Part shown: positions 35,824 to 44,812 of the stretch, piece after piece
Layout: each line of letters begins with the position of its first letter
Numbering within the stretch: position 1 is the first letter of the stretch
From: a virus
Taxonomy: Duplodnaviria; Caudoviricetes
Direction: 5' to 3' (one strand)
DNA length: 55,389 nucleotides
Virus record (IMG/VR): IMGVR_UViG_3300046811_000055
Coordinates: 1 to 55,389 of that record
Notes under the pieces: model-generated
The model's database searches: none
Told to the model about the DNA's origin: nothing
What the model saw: the letters and a program-made list of their open reading frames with translations, nothing else
Translations under genes and position numbers: made by a program

Positions 35824-37112
35824 CGCGGACCTCCCGGGGCCGAGACTGCGGACAGGAGAGTGCCGGACGGACGGACAGCGGACGTGAGCGGCCAGCGCGC
35901 GGACGGGACAGAGGACAGGACAACGGACGGGACATTGACCCCTGGCTGAAACCCGATCGCGGACAGTGCTCCCGTGGCGGACAGGACAGCCGTCCCCCGG
36001 ATGATCATCGTGGGGACAGCGGACAGGACGCCCGCTCCGGACAGCAGAGCCGTCGCCTGCTGCCTGGCCAGAGCGGACAGCGTCCCCGTGGCGGACAACG
36101 TGGCGTTCACCCCGGCGGACTGACTTCCGGCCGCGGACATCGATCCGGCGCCCGCCATGGTGGCGGAGCCGCTGATCACGACGGAGCCCGCTGCGGTGAG
36201 CACGCCCGCTCCGACCGCCGTGGCAGAGGATCCCTGCGTGGCACTGGCCGTGAGCGAGCCTGCGCCCGCTCCGGTCGACGCCGCTCCCTGGCGGGCTGCC
36301 GCATTCAGGGAAGCCGCTCCGGCCAGCGTGGAAGTTGCGGCCTGCACCGCCGCTGCCGTCAGCGCTCCCGAACCGGCGACAGCGGCGGTAGCTCCTTGGC
36401 CGGCCAGTGCCGACAGCGCGCTCGCGGCGGCCATCGTCGCCGACCCGCTCACGGCCCCGTTGGCCGTGGCCACGAACGTGCCCGAGCCCGTCATCGTGGC
36501 GGTCACGAGTTGGTTGACGACCGAGGACAGCGAACCCGCGCCGGACAGGGTAGCGGATCCCGCGATGAAGGCGGATGCGGACAGTGATCCGGAGCCGGAC
36601 AGGACAGCGGATGAACCTTGCCGGACGGTGCCGGACAGGATGCCCGCTCCGGACAGCGTGGCCGCGCCCGTGATCGCCCCTGCGGCGGACAGGATGCCCG
36701 CCCCGGTGAGGGTGGCCGTACCGGAGACGACCAGCAGGCTTGCGGCGGACAGGGCTCCAGCGCCCGCCATGGTGGCGGATCCGGTGATGATCTGCGTGCC
36801 GGTCGCGGACAGGATGCCCGCACCGGTCATCGTGCCCGTTGCGGACTGAGTGGCCGCGGCGGACAGGGCCCCGGCGCCGGCCATCGTCGCCGCGCCTTGG
36901 ATGCGCTGCACGGCTACTGCGGACAGGGTTCCCGCACCGACGAGGTTGGACGTCGCGCCCTGGGTCGCGGTCGCGGTGAGGGCGCCCGCTCCAGCTTCCA
37001 CGGAGGCCGTGCGCTGCGTCGCAGGAGCGGAGAGCGTACCGGCGCCCGCCATCGTCGCGGTCCCGTTGACGGTGACCGCAGTCGGCTGGCGGAGGAGCAG
37101 GAGGAGCGTCAC
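35820..37112 (-). CDS. Repetitive Ala/Gly-rich virion protein (putative fibre)
   Basis: Many ATMAGAG.LSA repeats; GTG start coupled to the upstream stop. Confidence 0.7.
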   Translation of the reverse strand: MTLLLLLRQPTAVTVNGTATMAGAGTLSAPATQRTASVEAGAGALTATATQGATSNLVGAGTLSAVAVQRIQGAATMAGAGALSAAATQSATGTMTGAGILSATGTQIITGSATMAGAGALSAASLLVVSGTATLTGAGILSAAGAITGAATLSGAGILSGTVRQGSSAVLSGSGSLSASAFIAGSATLSGAGSLSSVVNQLVTATMTGSGTFVATANGAVSGSATMAAASALSALAGQGATAAVAGSGALTAAAVQAATSTLAGAASLNAAARQGAASTGAGAGSLTASATQGSSATAVGAGVLTAAGSVVISGSATMAGAGSMSAAGSQSAGVNATLSATGTLSALARQQATALLSGAGVLSAVPTMIIRGTAVLSATGALSAIGFQPGVNVPSVVLSSVPSARWPLTSAVRPSGTLLSAVSAPGGPR

Positions 37113-38863
37113 GTCGACCGCTGCAAGCCGAAGTACGGGCCGGTGTTCGTCAGGACGGCACCGGTCGGGAAGGCGGACGGAAGGGCGCCCGCGGTCTGGC
37201 CGGTGAGCTTCCAGCCGACCGGGCGACCCGAGGCGCCCGCGCCGATCAGGCCCGTGCTCTGGACTTGCGGCATGCCGAGAGCGGGACCGGCCATAGTGGC
37301 GTGAGTCGCCGCAGGGCTGCCCGCGGTCACGGCGTCGTACTTGAAAACGAGCCAGTAGAGACCAGGGTCGGGAGCCCACTGGTAGGACCCACCCGTGCTC
37401 GACTTCAAACCGAGCCCGCCCGCGGTGTTGATCGTGAGAACGCCCGCGATCGTGATCTCCTGCATGATCGTGTTCGGGTAGCCCTCGACGTTCAGGTCGT
37501 TGTACATCCCGAAGCGCAGGTTGGCGGAGGCGCCCGTGCCTGCGGCGATGACTTCCATGCCCCAGTTGACCCAGCGCGTGTTGCCCTCGGTGACGTAAAA
37601 GGGGTACGCGTACATGTCCCCTGCGGTCGGGGCGGTCGCGGTGGCCACGGTGTCGAACTGCGTGGTGTACCAAAGGGCAGAGCGCACCGGAAGGCGTGGC
37701 GAGGAAGCCTTGCGCGCCGGGGTGTTGAACTGGGCGGCCAGCCCGTAGGTGCCCTTAGGGCTCAAACGCTGGCAGGCCTCGTAGAGCGCATCGGCACACA
37801 GGCCGGCACCCAGGTCGTTAGGGTGCAGACCGTCGGAGAACTTGGTCGCGTCCGCCTGGAGCTTGCCGTCGAGGTCGGCGACCTGGACCATGCCGTCGAA
37901 CTCGGCCACCACCGTGGCGAGGTTGGCGTTCCATGCCGCCACGTCAAGGTCGAAGCTTCCCTGCTGCGCCGTCCAGCTCGGGTACTTCACCGTGTACTGG
38001 CCCGACGGGAGGCGCGGGATGTTCGCGATGATGACGGGCGGAGGGCTGAGGGACTCCAGCCACGCGCAGTCGTAGTAGACGAGCCCGACGTTCGCCGTGA
38101 CCGTGGCGATGATCGTCTGGCTCGCGTTCGAGCTGGTCAGGTTCGTGACCCGCTTGACGACCGGGATGTTACTCAGGGTCGCCGACGGCATGATGTTGTC
38201 GGTACTGATCGTGCCCGTCACGCCCGCCGTACCGGAGAACGTCACCGTGCCGCCGTTGGAGCCGGGGCGCCCGATGAAGTTCATGACGACGGGCTCGCCC
38301 TTGTAATCGGCAGGCAGCGTGATCGTGACGGTTCCACCAGTGGTCGAATGGAACCGCTCGGTGCCCGAGCTGGCGAAGTCCGTCTTGCCGGTCTCCGCCG
38401 TCCACGTGCCGCCGTAGGTCGCCTGAAGGTTGCCGGTCGCCGTGTCGTTCTCGGCGTAGAAGGCAGCACGCCAGCGGGAGATGATCGCGCGGAAGGCGAT
38501 CAACTCGGCGGCGAGAATCTGCGTGGACGCCCCACCGAGCGAGCCGAGGTCGTTGATCCCGTGCACGATGACGAGAGCGCCACCCTGGCCCGTGTACGGG
38601 TACGTCTTGTTCGGCATCTTGCCGCCGGACGTGTACCGCCAGAGCGTTCCCCAACCGCCCTGCGCCGAGCCCTCAACGAGGATGCGGGAACCCGCCACCG
38701 AGTACTTGTTCCAGTTGGTGTACTCACAGTCCAGACGCTGCCGGAAGATGGCGTCCATCCGGCCCGTCTGGTCGTACGAGCCCGCGAGGCCGTCACCGTA
38801 CGAGTGGCTGAAGAACGACCAGACGTCGGGAAGCGGGACGGTCGCCCGGGGAGTGAGCGCCAT
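37109..38863 (-). CDS. Virion protein with SGNH/GDSL hydrolase-like domain
   Basis: HSY, G.ND and DGLHP blocks; beta-rich C-terminus. Confidence 0.7.
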   Translation of the reverse strand: MALTPRATVPLPDVWSFFSHSYGDGLAGSYDQTGRMDAIFRQRLDCEYTNWNKYSVAGSRILVEGSAQGGWGTLWRYTSGGKMPNKTYPYTGQGGALVIVHGINDLGSLGGASTQILAAELIAFRAIISRWRAAFYAENDTATGNLQATYGGTWTAETGKTDFASSGTERFHSTTGGTVTITLPADYKGEPVVMNFIGRPGSNGGTVTFSGTAGVTGTISTDNIMPSATLSNIPVVKRVTNLTSSNASQTIIATVTANVGLVYYDCAWLESLSPPPVIIANIPRLPSGQYTVKYPSWTAQQGSFDLDVAAWNANLATVVAEFDGMVQVADLDGKLQADATKFSDGLHPNDLGAGLCADALYEACQRLSPKGTYGLAAQFNTPARKASSPRLPVRSALWYTTQFDTVATATAPTAGDMYAYPFYVTEGNTRWVNWGMEVIAAGTGASANLRFGMYNDLNVEGYPNTIMQEITIAGVLTINTAGGLGLKSSTGGSYQWAPDPGLYWLVFKYDAVTAGSPAATHATMAGPALGMPQVQSTGLIGAGASGRPVGWKLTGQTAGALPSAFPTGAVLTNTGPYFGLQRST

Positions 38864-39249
38864 CAGGCAGCCGTCCCGAGCGTGTAGTAGAGCACCGATC
38901 CCGCCGTCCGGCCGAGCATGGACACGGCCAGTTCAGCCCACGCGATCGGCACCTCCCACCGGTCGCCCGGATCGAGGTACCAGTCGTGCACGGCGGTCGT
39001 CGGGGCCGTACTGCCGAAGTTCAGCCACACGCGGTCGGTCAGCAACTCGGCGTTGAAGAGCATCGCCACGCGGGTCACGTCGGCTGCGATCTGGCTCGTG
39101 CTCGCGGTGAGCGAGAGCGTCCACGAGCTACGGGTCAGGGCAGAAGCGGCATCGAGGCGAACAACCTGAACCTGCGTGGATCCCGCCGTCGCGAACGTCT
39201 CGATGTTGTTGCCCGAACCAGAGGTGACGGGAACGGATGAATACGCCAT
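38863..39249 (-). CDS. Hypothetical structural protein
   Basis: 128 aa, beta-rich. Confidence 0.6.
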   Translation of the reverse strand: MAYSSVPVTSGSGNNIETFATAGSTQVQVVRLDAASALTRSSWTLSLTASTSQIAADVTRVAMLFNAELLTDRVWLNFGSTAPTTAVHDWYLDPGDRWEVPIAWAELAVSMLGRTAGSVLYYTLGTAA

Positions 39250-39275
39250 GGGTCACCCCCGGTCGGTTCGAGGGA

Positions 39276-39689
39276 TCAGGTCAGCGAAACAGCGAGCGCG
39301 GCGATCGCGATCTGGAAGGTGTTGCCGTTGGCGACCGAGATGGGCTGGCCGGTGAACGGGCCGTACCACCAGCGGAGCGGCGTACCGGCGGAGTCCCAGA
39401 TCTCGACGGAGACGATGGACCACGTGCCACCGGACGCGTTCGTCCAACTGAGCGCGGACGTGGCCGGTCCTGTGGTCGCGCCGGAGGCTGCGGCGGAGAA
39501 GGTGTTGCCGGACAGGGACGTGCCACCGGTCGTGTAGCCCGAGCCGGTCAGTTCGGTGCCCGCCGCGGTGGCCGTGCTGAGGGTCGACGTCAGCCGCACC
39601 TTGGCCGGCGTCGTGAACATCGTCGGGGCGCTAGTGCCCAGTGTGAGATTTAGGATCAGGTTCGCCTGCGCCTGCACGATCGCTGCCAT
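39276..39689 (-). CDS. Structural protein (fibre-associated family)
   Basis: GTELTGSGY..IWD..G..WYG....V.NGNTF. Confidence 0.7.
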   Translation of the reverse strand: MAAIVQAQANLILNLTLGTSAPTMFTTPAKVRLTSTLSTATAAGTELTGSGYTTGGTSLSGNTFSAAASGATTGPATSALSWTNASGGTWSIVSVEIWDSAGTPLRWWYGPFTGQPISVANGNTFQIAIAALAVSLT

Positions 39690-39816
39690 TGTCGCCACCC
39701 TTCATGGACTCGGAGATAGCGGACAGAGTGGCTGCGCTCGGGCCATCGGCCCGCTGGACTACTTCGCCCGATGGGTCGGTGACCGTCCAGCCGGGCTCGA
39801 ACTCGGTCATGGCTGC

Positions 39817-40158
39817 CTAGTTGGTCTCGTAGGCCTGAACCTGGAACGTGAATGAGGGAGTGGTTCCGCCGATCGCGTAGACCACCCGGTAGAACTTCGC
39901 CCGGTCAGGGAACGTCTTCACGACGTTCTTCGTGGTCGTGATCTGCGCGAACGCGTCCGGGGTCGTATCGGTCTGAGCCCAGATGGTGCCGTCCGGGGAC
40001 CACTCGATGCTGATGTCCAGCGTCGGAGTGGTCCCCGTGGCGGCGGTGACGCTGACAAGGATGCTGACCGTGTCGCCCGTGTCGTCAACGGCGGTGGCTG
40101 CGTTCCCTGACGTGGTCCGTGCCGCGGACGGCAGGATCACGAGCGTCTGATAGGCCAT
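39817..40158 (-). CDS. Structural protein (possible head decoration)
   Basis: SAART.SG, GTTPTLD..IE.SPDG..W and TPSFTF. Confidence 0.65.
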   Translation of the reverse strand: MAYQTLVILPSAARTTSGNAATAVDDTGDTVSILVSVTAATGTTPTLDISIEWSPDGTIWAQTDTTPDAFAQITTTKNVVKTFPDRAKFYRVVYAIGGTTPSFTFQVQAYETN

Positions 40159-40159
40159 G

Positions 40160-40609
40160 TCAGAGAGGCTTGCTCGGGTCGTCCACCCGCGACTTCGGGT
40201 GCACGGTCTGATCGGTGTCGTCCGACCCGGCCGCGACTGACGGCTCACGCAGGCCCTGCGGCGCGTGGTCCATTTCCCGGAGCTCGGCTTCGGTGTAGGA
40301 CGGGGGCACGGGCTGCGGAGGGGTCTCCACGAGCGCGCCTTCCTGCGGGACCTGGTTGTACGGGTTAGGCAGGAACGCTGCCTCGCCCGCCGCGGTCGCG
40401 TTCTTGATCGCCGCGGCCTGGTCCTTCTCGACCTGCCTGGCAGCCTCGACGGCAGCTTCGCGAGCCCCGACGTGATCGCCGCGGTAGCCGACCATCTTGC
40501 TCGCGTTCGACTTGACGTCGCTCTCGGACGGAGCGGCAGTCGGGGCGTCCGTCGACGTGGTCGACGGCTTGGTGGTCGGTTCGTCCGCCTTGCCCTGCGT
40601 GGTAGCCAT
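40160..40609 (-). CDS. Hypothetical low-complexity protein after capsid
   Basis: GAAAGGAA RBS; synteny. Confidence 0.6.
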   Translation of the reverse strand: MATTQGKADEPTTKPSTTSTDAPTAAPSESDVKSNASKMVGYRGDHVGAREAAVEAARQVEKDQAAAIKNATAAGEAAFLPNPYNQVPQEGALVETPPQPVPPSYTEAELREMDHAPQGLREPSVAAGSDDTDQTVHPKSRVDDPSKPL

Positions 40610-40647
40610 TGCTATTCCTTTCACCGATCAGGGTGGATGCGGACGGG

Positions 40648-42171
40648 TTAGTTGGCGGCCATGGTGCGGAAGGCACCGGGGACGAGGCAGTCCCCACCGA
40701 CACGCCAGAACGCGAACCAGCCACCGCTACCCGTCGGGCGCGAGGTGGTCGGGTCCTTGACCATGGGCTCGTACATGACGCTCATGCCGATGCGGTCGAC
40801 AATCGCGTACTGGCTGAAGTCGCCATAGACGGCGAGCTTGGTGCCGGCGGTGACCGCGTAGGGGATCGAGGTCGACTCGTAGATGTTGCCGCCGAGCAGC
40901 ATCTCCGGAGCGCCCTGACCGAGGTTGGTCCAGTAGGACGAACCACCGGCGGTGTCGAAGCCGCGAGCCTTGTTGATCACGGTGAGGCTCGTGACCCAGC
41001 TCGCGTTGCTGCGGAAGCGCGGGGGCAGCGCGGCCTGAAGGGAGAAGATGTCCGCGAGTCCGGTCGAGGTGCTCGACAGGCCGGTGACGTTGGTCGTACC
41101 GGTCGTGTTGACCGTGGTGGTCGCCGCGACCGTGATGCCCTTGGGCTGGCCCGAGCCGGTGCCGACCGCGAACGCTGCCTCTTCGAGGCGGTCCTTGGCG
41201 TCCGACAGGAGCATCGGAACCTCGGTCGCGAAGTCACTGTCTTCGAGGATCTCGTACGAGCCGAACACCCACGCCGAAGCCTTCTGCGGGGTGATGACGA
41301 TGTTCGAGAACGTGGGCGAGTTGTCGCCGACCACGCCGGACTCAGCCAGCCACGCGGCGTTCATACCCGCCGACGCGACGCCGTTCCACGTGTTGGTCGC
41401 GGTCGTCTTGACGTTCGCGATCCGGCGGTACGGGTTCAAGCTGCCCGCGTTGGTGAGAATGATCGACGGGTCCAGCGTGAACGGAACCAGGTAACCACCG
41501 TTGGCGGAGGTCAGGCTCAGGCTCGCGCGCTGGAGGTTGGTCGGGTCGCTCATGAACGACTCGAACGCGTCGTAGTACTCCTGGCTACCGGTCATCAGCA
41601 TGTGCCGGGCGATCAGGGCACCCTGCTTCTTGCCGGACTTCTGAATCAGGCCGGTCGCCTGCTCGCGGCTGTCGTCGGGCAGCCAGGCCGGCGCCTGCTC
41701 GATCGCGTCGCACGCCCGGGACATGAACTCGTTCGGGGTGAGGGTCATGGACCGGACGGCGTCCATGTTCTCGTACGGGTCGCGCTTGTGGGACTGGCCA
41801 CCGTAGCCACGGCGGATCTGCGTGCGGTCGTCGCCACCGTCTACGCCGCTGACTCCGCTGAGGGAGGCGACCGAGGACGTCATGCCCGTGTTCACCGAGG
41901 CGGCGCGGACGGCCTCCATGCGGGATTCGAGCGCGAGCAGGCGGAGGTGCTCCTTCTGGCCGGCCTCGAACTCGTCCAGCAGGGTGCCCGAGCGCGACAG
42001 GTCGTCGTCGGTCGGAGCGTCGTCCTGCTCTTCGATGGCGGTCAGTTCCGCCTTGATCTCCGTGAGCCGGTTACCGAGGATCTCGCTACGGCGCGGGGCG
42101 CCACCACGGATCAGGTAGATGGGCCGTCCGTCGGCGCGGTGGCCGATGACGATTTTGCAGTTGGCTGCCAT
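40648..42171 (-). CDS. HK97-fold major capsid protein
   Basis: GGYLVP, W.AE, GTGSGQPKG, YGDFSQY.IVDR.G and R.GG. Confidence 0.95.
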   Translation of the reverse strand: MAANCKIVIGHRADGRPIYLIRGGAPRRSEILGNRLTEIKAELTAIEEQDDAPTDDDLSRSGTLLDEFEAGQKEHLRLLALESRMEAVRAASVNTGMTSSVASLSGVSGVDGGDDRTQIRRGYGGQSHKRDPYENMDAVRSMTLTPNEFMSRACDAIEQAPAWLPDDSREQATGLIQKSGKKQGALIARHMLMTGSQEYYDAFESFMSDPTNLQRASLSLTSANGGYLVPFTLDPSIILTNAGSLNPYRRIANVKTTATNTWNGVASAGMNAAWLAESGVVGDNSPTFSNIVITPQKASAWVFGSYEILEDSDFATEVPMLLSDAKDRLEEAAFAVGTGSGQPKGITVAATTTVNTTGTTNVTGLSSTSTGLADIFSLQAALPPRFRSNASWVTSLTVINKARGFDTAGGSSYWTNLGQGAPEMLLGGNIYESTSIPYAVTAGTKLAVYGDFSQYAIVDRIGMSVMYEPMVKDPTTSRPTGSGGWFAFWRVGGDCLVPGAFRTMAAN

Positions 42172-42905
42172 GCCAGCACTCCAGAACGCTCGATCCGGTC
42201 ACGGATCAGTTGGCGGTTTCGCTCGGAGTGCTCGTGCGAGTCCGATGCGGCGCCGGGCGCGGGTGCGGTGGCAAGGGGCGCCGGGTCGCCTAGGCGAGTG
42301 GCGCGGTTGAGAAGCATGTTGAACAGCTTCTCGGCTAGCTCATCTTCGGACATGATGGCACGTTCGCCAAGCATGGCGGAACGCATGCTGACGATTTCGG
42401 CACCGGAGTACGCAGGGAACGGAGTCGGGCCGTACTCCTTGAGGCCCAGTTCCATGCGGCTGATCGTCGGCAGATCGCCCCCGCGCTGCTTCGGAACACG
42501 GTCCGGATTGCTCCGGATGATGCGTCCGGTAAAGGAGTATCCCGGGATACCGCCGTTGCCGATCGCCTCCAGTACGACGTCGGCCATCGGCGAATTGTTG
42601 TAGCGAGTGACCGTGAGCAGGCCCTTGCGGTCAGCGGTGATCGAGGTGGGGACACCGATCGGGATCGAGCCTGCCTCGGACGGGGTGCCGTGGATCGTCA
42701 TGCCGTGGTTGTAGAAGACGCCCGCCTTCTGGCCGGCGCCTTTGATCGTCCGGTTGAACGCCGTCCGATCGATCGTCTCCATGTAGTGGCCATGGCCGTC
42801 CGAGATCTCGGCGGGCTGATCGAACACCGCGGCGTAGGCAGTGACGGTCCGGCCCTTCACTTCGAGGTCGGCCAGCGGAACGCCGCGGGAGATGTAGTCG
42901 GTCAT
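42111..42905 (-). CDS. HK97-type prohead protease
   Basis: AYAAVFD, E.I...AF, YNHG, SFTG and L.E......PAY. Confidence 0.9.
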   Translation of the reverse strand: MTDYISRGVPLADLEVKGRTVTAYAAVFDQPAEISDGHGHYMETIDRTAFNRTIKGAGQKAGVFYNHGMTIHGTPSEAGSIPIGVPTSITADRKGLLTVTRYNNSPMADVVLEAIGNGGIPGYSFTGRIIRSNPDRVPKQRGGDLPTISRMELGLKEYGPTPFPAYSGAEIVSMRSAMLGERAIMSEDELAEKLFNMLLNRATRLGDPAPLATAPAPGAASDSHEHSERNRQLIRDRIERSGVLAWQPTAKSSSATAPTDGPST

Positions 42906-44392
42906 GAGGTCGCCTTCCCTGCGGGTATCGCCTTGGCCTTGCCGTTGAGTGCGGGTGGTTCGTCCTGCTTCGGATCGTCCGGGGCTGCGTCATCGGGTGG
43001 ACCGCCGAGCGCGGCCGGGACGGGAGCGGGTGGCGGCTGGTCGGGAACGGGCAACTGGAGCTGCACGCTATACAAACCAGAATGCGACAAAAGAGACCAA
43101 TCGCCGTTGGCGAGCAGGGCAGCCTGCGCGGACTTTGGCTCCCAGCCGGAGTTGATCAGGGTCTGCATCGTGCTCGCGTTGGTCTGCATGACCTGGGCGG
43201 CTTCTAGACGATCCTCACGGAGGAACGCAATGTCCCTGTCGTCGTACCAAAGGATCGCGCCCGGCGGGACCTTGAGCAGGACAGCCAGCGATCCCGCCAC
43301 GTTCTCCCAGAGGAAGCGCAGGGTGATGTCCGCGTAGGCGCGCTTGGCCTGCGAGTAGTTGCTGTAGGTGGCCGCTTGGAGGCCTTCGCTCAAACCGACG
43401 ATGATGGGCGGGACGCCCGCCGCTCCCGCGATGCGGGTCTCTACCCGGCCCGTGACCTGGGAGAAGTCGATCTGCTTCAGGTCGGTGCCGATGACCGTGG
43501 CATCGACGCCACCGCCGATGTGCAGGGAGCGGTACGCGTTGGCAACGCCCCGGTGCTGCTCTTCGAACAGGCTCTTCATCGCACGGACCTCGTCCACGGG
43601 GACGTCGGGGTCGTAACGGAAGAGGGTCTGAAGCGTGGCGCCGTTCTCGAAGAACGCGTTCCGGTGATTCGTCGCTGCGTTGTCGCCTTGGATTTCACGC
43701 AAGAGCGGCGTCAACCAGGACATGCCCTTCCACGAGCACTCGGGATCCGGGATCGGCGCGAAGTGGCAGATCTCCTCAGGCAGGAAGATTTCCATCTGAT
43801 CCTTGGACGCCGCACCGTACGGACCGCCCGGCCAGTAGATGTAGCCGATGATCTGCGAGTCGACGTCGTCGGGGTTGCCGTTCGGCTCACCCTCCACGCC
43901 ACGGATGATGTAGACCCAGTCCGGTCGGAGGCGGCGCAGGTTGCCGTTGCGCAGCGTCCAGTACGAGTTACCCGCGAGATCGGCATCGATCAGCATGCGG
44001 GTCAGCAGGTCGCCCGTGGTTCCGTTCGTCCACGGGATCTCCAGCGGTTCGAGCTCCTGCGTGCCGAACAGGTCACCGGGGCGGCCGGACGTCATGCGGC
44101 GGAACTGGAACCGGGCCTGCGCGAAGATCGAGAACCGGGCGCGCATGCACTGGAAGACGACCGCATTGCCCTTCATCGCGCCGTTGGCGAACCCCAGGAA
44201 ACTCGGGTCGATCCGCTCGGTGCGGTTGGGGACGTCGGTCGGGATTCCGAAGTACTGGCGGCCGGCGAAGTTGAAGGTCTGATCCTGGGCGTCCAGCCCG
44301 AGCGCGTAGGCCCGCTCGATCGTGTCCGGCCACTGCACCGCGGCCACGGCGGACGATGGTCGGCCGAGCATCCGCTGGAAGATGTTCGCCAT
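42902..44392 (-). CDS. Portal protein (HK97 family)
   Basis: L.GNSY, LRPD.V, G.SW, FFENGA, IA.A.GVPP..VG and TYSN. Confidence 0.95.
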   Translation of the reverse strand: MANIFQRMLGRPSSAVAAVQWPDTIERAYALGLDAQDQTFNFAGRQYFGIPTDVPNRTERIDPSFLGFANGAMKGNAVVFQCMRARFSIFAQARFQFRRMTSGRPGDLFGTQELEPLEIPWTNGTTGDLLTRMLIDADLAGNSYWTLRNGNLRRLRPDWVYIIRGVEGEPNGNPDDVDSQIIGYIYWPGGPYGAASKDQMEIFLPEEICHFAPIPDPECSWKGMSWLTPLLREIQGDNAATNHRNAFFENGATLQTLFRYDPDVPVDEVRAMKSLFEEQHRGVANAYRSLHIGGGVDATVIGTDLKQIDFSQVTGRVETRIAGAAGVPPIIVGLSEGLQAATYSNYSQAKRAYADITLRFLWENVAGSLAVLLKVPPGAILWYDDRDIAFLREDRLEAAQVMQTNASTMQTLINSGWEPKSAQAALLANGDWSLLSHSGLYSVQLQLPVPDQPPPAPVPAALGGPPDDAAPDDPKQDEPPALNGKAKAIPAGKATS

Positions 44393-44574
44393 CAGGCCCG
44401 CTTCTCGTGCTCGTCGTACTGGGCTCGCGCGTCATCACGGGCGGCTTCGGCGGACGGGTGGAGCTCGGACGCGAAGATACGAGCACAGCGGCAGACGACG
44501 TCGGCGACGAACAGTTCGGGTTCGGGCTTGTCGTCGTTGCGCTCGTGGATGGCGAGGATCGAGTGAGTGGTCAT
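44392..44574 (-). CDS. Hypothetical protein
   Basis: 60 aa, coupled. Confidence 0.45.
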   Translation of the reverse strand: MTTHSILAIHERNDDKPEPELFVADVVCRCARIFASELHPSAEAARDDARAQYDEHEKRA

Positions 44575-44812
44575 GCGTCCGTCCGAGCGGCGATCGTCTC
44601 ATCCCACTGGGCGACGAGTTCGTCAGTGACGGGCATCAGTTCGTAGCGCTCGAACGGGTAGACGTAACCGTGCCGTGCCGCTTCCTCGATCTCGGCATGC
44701 AGCTCATCAAGCTTGGCCTGAGCCGCTTCCACTGAGTAGTGGATCATCGGGTCGACGGCCAGCCACTTGGGCTGGCGCACGCCGATCGGGGCTTGAATGG
44801 CTACGCCCGCGA

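Noticed and set aside
25922-42603. Long plus-strand ORFs (e.g. 25922-27814, 37265-38887, 40609-42603)
   Set aside because: Antisense shadows of well-supported structural genes in high-GC DNA
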